Positions 24,123 to 35,613 of a stretch of DNA of 60,724 nucleotides are shown in pieces. The position numbers were made by a program, and so were the translations under genes. The notes below the pieces were generated by a model. That model was given only the letters and a program-made list of their open reading frames with translations. It was not told where the DNA came from and did no database searches. The stretch's first letter is position 1; each line of letters opens with the position of its first letter. This stretch comes from Nemertoderma westbladi (taxonomy: Eukaryota > Animalia > Xenacoelomorpha). The stretch is taken from positions 1 to 60,724 of the forward strand of contig JAUCBJ010007414.1 of the NCBI GenBank assembly GCA_032718475.1, read 5' to 3'.

Positions 24123-27119
24123 ATGCCAAAGTCGTATACTAGCAGTACCGGTACTAGTCAAGGAAAACTGGTACGAAATTCCGCTGCTTCCAAACTCTTC
24201 GATGAAGCCGTGGGATTTGATTGGATAACACCGAAGGATTCGACGAGGAGAGAGACTCGCGCGTCATCCAAGTCGCCGGAGAAATCCAGCCAATCATCGA
24301 CGTCTTCCTCGGTGTTTGATTCTCCGGAAAAACAACCGAATGTATTGCCTACTGGCAAAGGGAAGACGGCGCCGACCGCTCCTCGGAACAAACGCAAACT
24401 ATCCGCTGTCAGTCCAATTAAATCGCCCTCAAAGAGGGCGAAAAATTGCGGAAACGACAACGCTAAACAGTCGCGTCTCCAACCCGAAACGTCGGACGCC
24501 AACGAATCCGAATCAGAGATTAAATCATCATCGGCACTTTTCGATGAGATTTTACCGACGACTCGAAAATCGAGTGGGAAGAATAAAACTCCGACGAAAA
24601 TAGATTTAAAAGCAAAAAGAAGAAAACGCACTTATTCATCCACGCTGTTGGAGAATTCAACTTCCGAGACTGGCGCTCTCAGCGTTACCGTTTCTAGAAC
24701 TTCCGGAACTTGTTTTGGTTTCGAGGACGATATCACTACACCCGGTAAACCGAGGAAGAAAGTCGACGAACACAACTACGGAGCCGAGGTTTATGTGTCG
24801 AAACAGAAAGCGGAAGATCATCTGTATCTGCACGCGGTGTACGAAGATGGGGAGCGGAAACGGGATCATTCGTACGCGACGCACTCGGATACCAAACCCA
24901 AGTACTACTGGCGGGAGAAGGGGAAGCCGCACAGCGACCACACGTACGAGTGCGAGGACGGAGTCCCGATAAACCATAACGTCGCCCTGATGGAGTCCAA
25001 CAAACAGTTAACCGAAAAACGGCCCCAACAAACAGACAAACAGCCCCAACAAACGGACAAGCGGCCCCAACAAACAGACAAACTGCCCCAACAAACGGAC
25101 AAACGGCATAAACAAACGGACAAACGTTCTAAATTAGTAAGAGACAAAAAGTTTCAATCCCTAAACGACAACGGGAATAAATCTTTATCGGAACAGTTTA
25201 ACGATTCGAGCGATTATATTGAGGAATCTCTCGATCTCCCCGAGACCACCTCGGTCGGTGTTTACGATTATAGCGACGAATTCACCCCGACTAAAGATCC
25301 CACCGACATCAAGGAACAGCCCAAAACCGGTGGGGAGGCGAAACGACGGATTCTATGTAGCCCGCGGAAGAAGGTCGTCTACAACGCCAAATCGTGGCTC
25401 TCGGTGGACGGCGACTCCCCGGAGGAACCGAGGACCCCGGTTCAACGCCGACTCGTCGCGGTTCCCCCGAGGACCCCGGTTCAACCCCGTCTCGACGCTG
25501 TACCCCCCACCCCCGTTATATCCAACACGACTCACGAACTCCGCGAACTGGGTGAGTCCCAGAAACTCAAAGAGGACCTCAGCTACCTGTTGGAAGGCTT
25601 GCAGCCGAGACACGCGCTCGCCACACGGGTGCTCAGCGCGGTGAGCTTCGCGACTCGGTGCTGCGACCGCCGCTTCCGTCTGCACCTCCGGGCCCGCGGG
25701 TGTCTCCCCCGGGTTATCGTGGCGCTGCGGGACTCCCCCCGCTACCAGTGTATGTCTCTGTGCGCGGCCGCCGTCCTCTTTCTGCTCGTCCAGGAGGGCA
25801 GCGTTGACCCGGAAGTGGACGTGCGAACCCTCGCCTTGCTGCTGCAACTCGCGCGGGTGCGACAGCGGTGGACCGGCCTGGAGGACGCCGGATCCACCCA
25901 GTCCGGTAAGGCCCACATGCGGATGGGTCAGCTGTTTAAGGGTATCCTCCTCGGGGATGGACTCATGTTGCTAGGGAACCCCAGCGTGGAGTCTGCCAGC
26001 GTCCGCGTGGGGGATCTAGCGATGGAGGCGGCGCTCACCATGGGGCTACTCAGCGGCTCAGAGTGGTTCAAAGAGAGACTCAGAACGTTCGGGGGGATCC
26101 CCCTTCTAGTCGACTACGTCCAGCAGTGGGCCGACGTGGTCCTCGACGCTGATTGGTCCGACAGCCGCGGCGACCTCGATCGGGCGCTACTGTGCTGCAC
26201 CAAGGGTCTATGCGTGGTCGTCACGGTGACCGAGGGGAACATCGCCAATATTACCGCCCTGTTGGAGTACGGCGAGCTGATTGGTCGGTTGGCTCAGCTG
26301 GCGGGTCGCTGTCACACCGCGTTGCTAGACGACAACCAATCAAAGGGCGATAAAACCTTAGATTCTAATGAATCGCCGCAGATTAATAAAGCGTTCGGTG
26401 ACTCAACGACTCAAAGTAAAGTCTTCAGTTGTCTCCAAGCAGTTCTTAAGACTTTGGTTCATTTATCCTACGACGATAACGAGTTAGGGACTCACAGCAC
26501 TCTGGTTGGTCAGCAAGCCGACCTGATTGGTCTGCTGATAGACTGCGTCCTCCGTCTCCCTACAAGCATTCCTTGGGTTGAACGTCACGACGTTATGGTC
26601 CTCGGGTTGGTCCTACTGATCAACCTCGTCATCCACAGCCCCGCCAACCGCGCCCAGGTCCTCCAACCAGAGGAGACGCAACCCGGTTGTGACGTCATCG
26701 TCTCCTTGACGACCCTGTACGAGCGGTACACGGGTTTGGCGGCGGAGGCGGAATCCGAGACGATTTCCGCGATTCGGAGCACCAAGGAGCGGATGTTGCT
26801 GAAGTCGCAACGCACCGCGGACAACCGGGTTACCGAGAGCATTAAGGCGGCGTTACGGAGCGCGCAGAAGACCGCGGACTCCCACCTCGAGAACTCCATG
26901 GTAGCCGCATACACCGCGCTCCTATTGGGTTGTCTAGTTCAGAACGACTCAGACTATATAGACCTGTTGAAGTCCAGTCTCCCGGGTAACAGTCTCTCCG
27001 GGATGGTGGAACGCTTACAATGGTACGTGGAATACTTTGAGTCGACTTTTAAGGACGATTACGATGTTATCGCTAATGTAGGTAAGGTTATTCGAACTTT
27101 ACAACATTATATTCAATGA
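24123..27119 (+). CDS. WAPL: Wings apart-like (WAPL) cohesin release factor homologue, intronless, 998 aa
   Basis: ELGESQKLKEDLSYLLEGL..RVLSAVSFATRC..FRLHLRARG, FKERLRTFGG, LGLVLLINLV and HLENSMVAAYTALLLGCL correspond to conserved WAPL-domain blocks; S/K-rich N-terminus with an FGF motif (24714-24722); AATAAA at 27166. Confidence 0.92.
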   Translation: MPKSYTSSTGTSQGKLVRNSAASKLFDEAVGFDWITPKDSTRRETRASSKSPEKSSQSSTSSSVFDSPEKQPNVLPTGKGKTAPTAPRNKRKLSAVSPIKSPSKRAKNCGNDNAKQSRLQPETSDANESESEIKSSSALFDEILPTTRKSSGKNKTPTKIDLKAKRRKRTYSSTLLENSTSETGALSVTVSRTSGTCFGFEDDITTPGKPRKKVDEHNYGAEVYVSKQKAEDHLYLHAVYEDGERKRDHSYATHSDTKPKYYWREKGKPHSDHTYECEDGVPINHNVALMESNKQLTEKRPQQTDKQPQQTDKRPQQTDKLPQQTDKRHKQTDKRSKLVRDKKFQSLNDNGNKSLSEQFNDSSDYIEESLDLPETTSVGVYDYSDEFTPTKDPTDIKEQPKTGGEAKRRILCSPRKKVVYNAKSWLSVDGDSPEEPRTPVQRRLVAVPPRTPVQPRLDAVPPTPVISNTTHELRELGESQKLKEDLSYLLEGLQPRHALATRVLSAVSFATRCCDRRFRLHLRARGCLPRVIVALRDSPRYQCMSLCAAAVLFLLVQEGSVDPEVDVRTLALLLQLARVRQRWTGLEDAGSTQSGKAHMRMGQLFKGILLGDGLMLLGNPSVESASVRVGDLAMEAALTMGLLSGSEWFKERLRTFGGIPLLVDYVQQWADVVLDADWSDSRGDLDRALLCCTKGLCVVVTVTEGNIANITALLEYGELIGRLAQLAGRCHTALLDDNQSKGDKTLDSNESPQINKAFGDSTTQSKVFSCLQAVLKTLVHLSYDDNELGTHSTLVGQQADLIGLLIDCVLRLPTSIPWVERHDVMVLGLVLLINLVIHSPANRAQVLQPEETQPGCDVIVSLTTLYERYTGLAAEAESETISAIRSTKERMLLKSQRTADNRVTESIKAALRSAQKTADSHLENSMVAAYTALLLGCLVQNDSDYIDLLKSSLPGNSLSGMVERLQWYVEYFESTFKDDYDVIANVGKVIRTLQHYIQ
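25018..25126 (+). repeat. 21-bp coding repeat (QTDKxPQ, about 5 copies) in WAPL
   Basis: CCCCAACAAAC(A/G)GACAA units. Confidence 0.9.
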
Positions 27120-28740
27120 TAAAGTTGAACCGATTTAATGTGAATTCTTAAAGTTTTACCTTTGAAATAAAAGTTCCAATTCTACAAGAAAAGTCATAGC
27201 GGTACATTATTTACATAATATAATCACCATTCAGGGAATTTTGTATTTTGAAATTTCAGTTTATATTTCGGAAACTTTATAAATTATAGGCGATTTTTTA
27301 TACGATTAACTATTTTCGCTTTACGATTAATTTACCTTAAACAATATAAATGGAATAAGACCAAGTTAGTTATAAAGTTTGTTCCGATTGTGTCAGGAAC
27401 TTGTATTATTAATGTTTTCAGATTCCTAATTAAATATTAACTATTTATTTTCTCATTTTGTTTAATTAACTAATTTTTTTCTCTGATTAATCTGACTCTC
27501 TATGCCTATAATATATTGTTTGCAATGATTTACCTTTTTCTTCGAATAGTGATTTTAAGTTACATTGATTTGCAGAAATAAATCCACGAATGATTTTGGG
27601 TTTACCATCGTGCTAATTTATAATACAACTTATACAACAATTGTATTCACTCTACTTTACTTTATCTTGTACTAACTAGCCATCTTGGTATTTATTTTTA
27701 TTCACAATTAGTGTATAACTGATATTTTTACTAATTAAATTAGTTTTAGTTGGTTTAATTGCTGTTTTTTTTTTAAATAATGGACGTTTGTTGGAAATAC
27801 TAAAACTGTATAGATCTGCTTTCCACGTGCTGAGTTACGGTAGTATGTAAATCTCTGTCTGAGTGTCTGTTCGCTATTACGTTAGTTTAAATAAACTCAC
27901 CTACGTCTAAGGAACTATGGTGCTTATTATTACTACGTATTCTCCTAAGTCGGGATTGAATATTGTTATTCCTATTTGAACATAACGAATTATAAGTTTT
28001 AATCAATGCGATTTTCGACCGTTTTTATCTAATATTTTATATTTGTTAATTAGTCCGGCCATTCTAGAATTCTCTGACTGTTTCAAGTTGTTTTGTTATT
28101 TTGTATAATTTTATTTATTAAGTTTCGTTAAATCTTTTAACGAATGTTATCTCTTTAAGTTTATTGCGTTAATTCATTTCTCAACCTGTACAGCTCCATC
28201 TGAACATGTGTAGGTACAATAATCCATGTGCGAGCCCACCAACCTTTAAAACACACTTAGTTCTGTTGTTAGTTGTGATTATATTGTATTATTGGTTGTT
28301 GTTGTTGTCTATTTTGTATTATAATTTTATGTACATTAAACTGTTTCCGCATAAATGTAAAAATTCTAGGTTCCACATTTTGTCGTCTTAGTATTCTTAT
28401 TGAGGGGATTAAAGACTCCCACGCCAATTTACTTTAATATGATTCACCTTCCAATTGCGGAAGACACCTTGGTGTGCGTGCGGTATGTAGACGCTGGATT
28501 ATCTCTGCTCGTGTCCCTGCAGGAACGACAATTCCGGATCCAAGGTAATCAAGGCCATCCTGTACTGAATAGTCATTTATATTGTTTTCATAAATACATA
28601 ATTCCTTTGGGATGTTTTTTACCAGATGTGCCGATATGCCTCTTATTACTGCATACAAAATAAGTTTATAAGTCTCATCATGTAATGCAGCATCATATAA
28701 AAGCTTGTGGGAAGGATCAATTTCTTTTGTGCGATCAAAA

Positions 28741-28851
28741 GCAACCTGTTTGACATGCAGGGCAATTAGCAACCTGTTTGACATGCAGGGCAATTAGCAA
28801 CCTGTTTGACATGCAGGGCAATTTGCAACCTGTTTGACATGCAGGGCAATT
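28741..28851. repeat. 27-28-bp tandem repeat (4 copies) inside Gypsy pol
   Basis: GCAACCTGTTTGACATGCAGGGCAATT repeated. Confidence 0.95.
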
Positions 28852-30614
28852 TCATCTGCTTGCTTAACATCTTCAGTTGCGGGTTTAGAAACGGGACACC
28901 TATAAAGTGTGTCATCAAAAGTGTTTTTCTTCCCAGGAATCCATTCCGCAATGAAATTGCAGCCACTTAGCTTTTCTTTTAATTTCTGGAGACGTAAGTT
29001 CTCAATATCATTTAATAATTTGTTGTTCAAAATATATCTAAGTGGTTTGTGGTTGGTTCTAATCAGAGAAGTTTGGACTCCCTTGTAAGTAAACCCGGGG
29101 TTTCTTTACTGCCCAAACGACTGCCAAAAGCTCGAGTTCAACTACTTCCCAGTTGGCTTGGGAAGTTGGATGTAGTGAAACGGCTTCCACATATTACGAG
29201 CCGCCAACCTTCACGGTTTTTTTTGGGTGATTGCAAATCCGATTCCATTCTAAGATGCATCAGTATGTAGATCGATGTTGGAAGTGTTGCAGGGTTGGTG
29301 CTTTTGTGAGTGCAGCTCATACCGATGTAAAGGCAGCATCATGATCTGGCATCCAGTTCAATGTATTTTTCTTGCTTAACAATCCTGTTAGTGGGGCGAC
29401 AGTGCAGCAGCCAAACATGTTGAAAATATGGTGAATTGATTTGTGAGTCCCAGAAACGAGTTAAGTTCTGTTATGTTTCGTGGGATTTGAATATCGTGAA
29501 TTACCCAAGTTTTGCCGGATCCCCTTTTATACCATCACATCCGATCCTAAGTCCAACAAACTCTACTTCTGGTTGTCCAAAGATAAATTTATCCTTACTG
29601 AGGGTGATCCCGTACTTACGGCATTTACCTTGTGATGTTCCTCAAATGTAACGGTGTGTACCAATATATCATCTACAATTTTTCCATCTACAATGTTATC
29701 TATTCCTGTCCTTGCTAAATCTCCCCAGACGCAGTAAACATCGCCTGTGCTGCTGAGACCCATAGGGACACGTAAAAATTTATACGGTGCGATGTAATAA
29801 GGGTTGTTAGAGCCTGGCAGCGTGGATGTAGTGGGATGTGTCAGTATCCCTTAACTGCATCAAGAGATGAGAATAAATTGCAGCCTGGCGATATATTTTC
29901 GATAATATCTGCGGGACAAACATAGGGATAAACAAACAGGCCTCTCAACATATTCGTTAAGGCGGGAATATTCTAACCCCTCCACGTGGGTTTTCCACAA
30001 CTACCATTGGTGATACCCAGGGTGAAGGGGGATCACCCAGCTCTATCTTTTGTATGATTCCAAGTTGCAACATGCGGTCTAATTCTAACTTTGTTACAGT
30101 TTCAAGGGGAAGTTGTGCCTTTCGTGTAGTGTAGATCTTGAAAGGTTGTGTCCCTTGCTTTAGAATGATTTCCATTGGAGGTATGTTCATTGGTTTAAAT
30201 TTACTTGTATTGAAATCATCAGAAAATTCCTCGATGTCCCGATTTCTGGAGGTGTCAATACTAGATACTTCATCAATGATGATATTTTGTGGTACTGGGC
30301 ATATTTAGTGATGAACAGGTGTGCCAGGGTAATATGAAAGTGGATCCTATTTTGGAAACTATGGCCTGGATATTAACCGATGAGTTATAATATTGAACTG
30401 TTAATTAATTTAATTGTACCACACGATTCAATGATTTGGCAATTTGCTTCATATATTTTATGGATAATTTATTGTACAGTAATCTCAATATTTCGTTCTA
30501 CATTATGAGTAGCGAGGAGGGAAAATGGTATGCTGGCAGCGTCAGCACCAGTGTCTTGTAGTGCAGTGACTGTAAAATTGTATATAGTGTATAGTAATAT
30601 AGTACACTTGCTGA

Positions 30615-30803
30615 CAACCAACTTTTCTGGCAACCAACTCATGGAAAGCGTAGTCGTGGACGACCGGCCATAACATATATAGATCAACTTGAAAGGGATA
30701 CTGAACTTGGGAGAAACGAAATTGCGACAACTATGGAGAATCGGGAAGCCTGGAAGGATCTCATTTCCACTGTCCGAGTTCGCTCGACCTAGTAGTAGTA
30801 CAG
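30615..30803 (+). mobile_element. About 190-bp 5'-truncated RTE copy inserted in the Gypsy, 15-bp TSD
   Basis: Near-identical to 13548-13725; flanked by TAGTACACTTGCTGA at 30600-30614 and 30804-30818. Confidence 0.95.
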
Positions 30804-32079
30804 TAGTACACTTGCTGAATGCCTGAAGATTTACACACTGGTGAGAAATGACCTGATTTTCCACACTTATTTCATGTCCTGTTTCGGGCGGGACATTGCA
30901 AACGATTGGATGGCCTCATGTGATACAGCAGATTAGAAATTAATATTTGTGCTTGCTGAGGTCCTGTGAAACAGCTGTTTCATTAGTTAGTTATATGGTG
31001 GGAATTGATGTTTATGTCAGAGGATATTGCATTTGTTTCAGTTTCTCCTTTTTCATGAGTAATGCACACTGTTCGCACATCCTTTAAATTAAATTTTTTA
31101 TTTAGGGAGAGCAAAAAGTTTCTTTTGAAGCTCCTTGTCACAAATACCAGAACAAATTTGAGTAGTTAGTGTCTCCTCAGCGCAAGGGCAACCTGAACTC
31201 GGCTCAGTGACCTCTTGTAGACTTATAATCCTGTCAAAAAATTATTCAAATGATTCTCCTTCAGCCTGGAAACTCTTACTAAAAGGGACACGATGGCGTA
31301 TGAGGCTCATTTTCTCAGCGTAGTACAATTGAAGAACATCTAATGTTTCTTCGACAGATTTGTTAGTATTCTCAGTGAGGCCCATGTGATCCTCATTTTA
31401 GTGAGCATGTCTGTTGAAAAACATTACCGTAATTGTGCAACTTGGCTGCTTTGGTCAACTTGATCAAGATGATTGGAAGTGTAACAATCATTACATTTAG
31501 CACGCCAATAACGGAATGTCGCAAGTGTCAGTGAACTAACCAGTGCATTTGGTTGGCATGAACGGTCAATGCGGTGATTTGTCGCCATTCGGAAAATTCC
31601 AGGAGCACTAGGATGCGGAATTTCAGGGCCTTGGATCGCCTAATATTGCGACCTTAGCTTTTCATGGTCGCGCTCAAGGAAAAACACCTCATTTGAAAAT
31701 GTGTCAATGCGTGACACAGCCAAGTCATCTGGTGCAGGTTGTTCAATTATTGTTACCAAATCGTTCTGATCGACGATTTGGAGAGCGCATCTTTAAAGCC
31801 ACTGAGCATGCGTGCTAGCATGTCAAAATCCAAAATGTCGAGATTTTCAGCGGGAACTGCCATAAGGCATTAATTGTGTTTTGAAACGAATTTTAGCCTT
31901 GTTGGTTCGACCAAAAAAAACAGCTCTCGGGAAACTTTGGCAGTTTTAAGAGCATCAGGATCGACCTTTTGTGCCATTATTGGTTTTGATTTTACTGTGT
32001 ATACTCTTACAAGGTTTGTGGAGAGGTCCCGCTTCATTATGATTAAAAATATAAGAAAATGCGTAGTTTAACTAAACTA

Positions 32080-32091
32080 CTCGCAGCGCCA
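32080..32091 (-). promoter_or_regulatory. Gypsy primer-binding site, tRNA-Ser-like
   Basis: Minus strand ...GAACA|TGGCGCTGCGAG upstream of gag; the 5' LTR would lie to the right of 32092. Confidence 0.7.
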
Positions 32092-32567
32092 TGTTCGGTG
32101 ACCCACCAGGCAGACGACGAACTTAGATAAATGTAAATCAATATTAAATAAAGCAACTAACAACGTTTAATAATAATGATAATGATAATATATTCACTTT
32201 AGAATTGACAATATATCAACCCACAACCAAACAGTGAAACAGTGACCAGATGATTGGTTGCACTACTGAATAAGTTTAACCAGCTGAGACTGTGTATATC
32301 CCTTTGCTGCTCGAATTATTTTTACTGGTTTAAAAATTTTTTTTAGGTGAGATAGATAAACTGAAAACAGTCTAAAAGAACACACTAATGCCAAAAAATT
32401 TATTTTTTTTATTATTTGAATATTTTTAATGAATGTTGTTCAGGAACAACAATGGAGCATTAATGGTAGCAATAATATTTGGTATAATAGTATCCGATTC
32501 ATCTTCCCCACTATCATTACTATCTGGTATGACAATTGAATACACCTTCTCTTTGTTCTGGTACCGA

Positions 32568-32860
32568 ACTACTACTACTAGGATCGGCATGCTGTATTGG
32601 AGCTGCATTTTTCAGAAAGCTTTGTCGGCTTGTCGACAAAATTTCGCCGCCACAACTCCCTATAACCCATATCATTTGCTAGAACATCCGCATCTTCAAA
32701 GGCAGTGTCCTTCAAGATGCGTCTCAAGAAAGTCATGGGCTGTCTACCATGCTTATTTGCTCCATGAGAGCGCCAAAGCACAAGGTTATGCACTGGCTGG
32801 CCATTACGGCGAAAGCAATGTCCTGCAAAGAGTGTTCAAGTGTCAAGCTAGTGAAGATTA
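32568..32860 (-). mobile_element. RTE 3' fragment (family of 1522-2921), first half
   Basis: Reverse-complement homologue of about 2630-2920 with a (CTA)n tail; continues at 35515-35613. Confidence 0.9.
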
Positions 32861-33051
32861 GGCTCATTCCAAAGTAAAGTACGGGACATTCGTACACAAT
32901 TTTAAACTTTGATTGCCTGTACAATGTTATCCACAGCACATATGTGCACAAAATTGTGCTTGGATTGAAACTTTCGAATATCAGCTTTGATTTCGCTAAG
33001 CTTATGGCGGGACTTAGTCACTTTTGAGAAAACACCAGCTTGTCCAATTAA

Positions 33052-34042
33052 CCCTTTGGTTACTAGGCCGTTTTTTAAATAGCCCCCCAGAACCTAAAAA
33101 TTAAGCAAACTTTAAAACACATTTACGGCAATGCCAATCATCTAGAAGTTATGACACATTTTTAAAATGATTTGACTTTTATCTTAAAAGGTGTCATAAT
33201 TGATATTCTTCATATTTTTTTAAATTAAAAATGTTAAATTTTTAAAAATTAAAAAAAAATTTAAATTAAAAATTTTTCTTTTAAATTTAAAAAAAATTAT
33301 AATTTTTGAAAATTAAAAAATGAAAAAAATATTTATTTTCCTGAACTATATCATATATATTATTATATTCCATGGTCTATTTATGGTACCGGTATAATCT
33401 ATATGACTTATTTATGATAATCTGCAAAGCATTTATCAAGAGCCCTGGATATAAACTGTGAATGAATGATAAAAATAAATGAATAATTATTGTAATACTA
33501 AAATGCAATATAGCTTCATTATTGCAGAATTACCACAATAATCCACCAGGATGCTAGTACAGGAACAATCATCATTCCCATTATTCTATTTACGAAATGC
33601 AATTACGTAATTCACCAACATGAAGAATACCAGGTTTTCACTTTTCAGTCATGTATTTATTTATTTTCGAAGTAGATTATTACAGTGGAAAGCTTGACAG
33701 GGAAATAAACTCTGATTGGTTGGTATTCTCTAGGGCTACTCATTCAAATCTCTGCCATCTGCCACTGTATCCTACTGTTACAATCAACCTGCTTTCAATA
33801 AGCAGCCTGCTTTCTCTGAAAAGGAGCTCATCACTGATTGGTTGAATTCCAACCTCTAACTCAAACTCCAGATCACTTTTTTAACTAAAACGGGTAGTAT
33901 AGTGTCCTAAGCGATGGATAAACACTGCTAGAATAACCTAAACTTGAATCATCCCCATTGGCAGCCATTAACAACAGGACGTATATATACGTCCTTAGGA
34001 CAGTGTTGAGGACGTATATATACGTCCTTAGGGCCCAAAGGG
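33052..34042. mobile_element. piggyBac-type non-autonomous element
   Basis: TTAA|CCCTTTGG ... CCAAAGGG|TTAA; two subterminal palindromes AGGACGTATATATACGTCCT (33976-33995, 34009-34028). Confidence 0.8.
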
Positions 34043-34384
34043 TTAAGGTAAAGTACGGATTCGTACGAAATGGTTTTTTTTATGTTATGATTTCAATTCT
34101 AAAATTTAGCGAATTGTGCGCAGGTACGGTGTTGAGTTGATGTTTAGGATAAAGCTGTATTATTAAGCTTAAATAAAAATATAAATATCAGACGAATTGC
34201 TACATTGCTAATTTTTTACAGTTGGTGTGTGTGGTAAAGTATGGGACATTGCTAAGTAAAGTACGGGACCTGTACGAATTTTATGGTCAAAATTGTCTCT
34301 TACACTTAAATTAACAGTAATTTCTGGATAATTAGTGATAATAAAGTGGAACTAAGTATTTCCAACCAAGATATGGATGCAAAA

Positions 34385-34700
34385 TGTGGGGCGACCCACA
34401 AATTGACCCGAAGTCTTAGCATATGGATGCCGTTGAGGAGTTGTCTGTCTTCTGTCTAATTTTTGATCGCTAATACTGTATAACTCCATACTTGGTACGT
34501 ATGAAGTCTGTCAAAAGTTTGGAAATAATCTGAAGTTTAAGGAATCAAAGGTCACATATCAGACATTCTGTCTGTTGGTACCGATAGTTTCAAAATTTTG
34601 ATAAAAACCGAAATAAGTCCGCCAATCATTGATGAAATACTGTATAACCAAACTTGGTACACATGTATTCTGTGAAAAGTTTAGAAATTCTTTCCATTTT
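34385..34700 (+). mobile_element. Diverged copy of the Helitron-like 5' block
   Basis: TGTGGGGCGACCCAC...CTTAGC, CTGTCT repeats and AAACTTGGTACACATG; another diverged copy at about 58373-58500. Confidence 0.55.
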
Positions 34701-35514
34701 TCTGAAAATGTACCGGCAATTACTGTACTTACCGATCTTCTTATCTGCTAAAAAACTAAATTTTTTGAAATTTGTTGTAAAGTACGGGACTTTACATGCA
34801 TAAACTCAAAGATTAGTTAACTGAGGAATGATTCTTAGTTCAAATACATACTTCTATGCTTCCCACTACTATCACCCTAAAGCATTATAACACTCCTGCC
34901 TATGACCTTAGAGTATTATAACACTCATGGCTTCACATATTACATTAATACAGTGCACTAAAATATAATCGCCATTTTAATGGTAAAGTATGGGACAATT
35001 TTAAATTGGCCGCCATGATATTTCTGAGGGAGTGATGATGAAACTAATTGTCTTATAAGATGACGCAACTCAAACGTGCTTTGCATTTAACTGGGTGATT
35101 AGGCTGAGTTACATCTCTGTGAATAAACTAAAAATTTCACTATTTTAGGTAAAGTATGGGACATCACATGATTAACTTTATCGATTTCATTACAGAGGAA
35201 TTAAACACTGGTGAAATTAAATGAAACCAAAAAAATTCGAAAATGGGTTTGTTTTTGATTTGGTACATGCTCAGAAATGTTAATTTATTGGTCATAGAAA
35301 GTGCCTACAAGAAACGAAACTTTTGCACACTTTTATTCACATTTTGTGCAGAGCAGGTGCATAATTTGTAATTCGACTATTTTTGAGAAACCACCTGTGT
35401 TGATACAATTTTTAGCACTGAATTCAGGAAGTACGATAAATTTTGACCTAAAAGAAGCATAAATTCAAAGCTACATCTCATTTTTCGAAATTATTTTTCG
35501 AAATGGAATGAGCC

Positions 35515-35613
35515 ATTAATGGAACACCTCCAATGCTGTATAGAGTTTGGGTTGGAGATGTGTTCATTGTACTTGACAGAGTGAACTCTGCGCAGCATTC
35601 TTGTGAAAGTGCC
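35515..35613 (-). mobile_element. RTE fragment, second half
   Basis: Reverse-complement homologue of about 2529-2625. Confidence 0.85.

Larger units (their letters stand above)
28420..32091 (-). mobile_element. Decayed Ty3/Gypsy LTR retrotransposon (gag-pol), Mag-like
   Basis: Protease LQDTGA, RT WVSPMVVV / GLSSTGDVY / IVDDIL, RNase H region ENLRLQKLKEKL..WIPGKKN; many stops and frameshifts; 3' LTR not found. Confidence 0.88.
32861..35514. mobile_element. Non-autonomous TIR DNA element, 11-bp TIR, 4-bp ATTA TSD
   Basis: ATTA|GGCTCATTCCA ... TGGAATGAGCC|ATTA; it splits the RTE fragment precisely. Confidence 0.85.

Noticed and set aside
24158-26914. Antisense and alternative-frame ORFs over WAPL
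   Set aside because: Expected shadows of a GC-rich coding sequence.
28200-28420. Possible 3' LTR of the Gypsy element
   Set aside because: No match to the sequence beginning at 32092.
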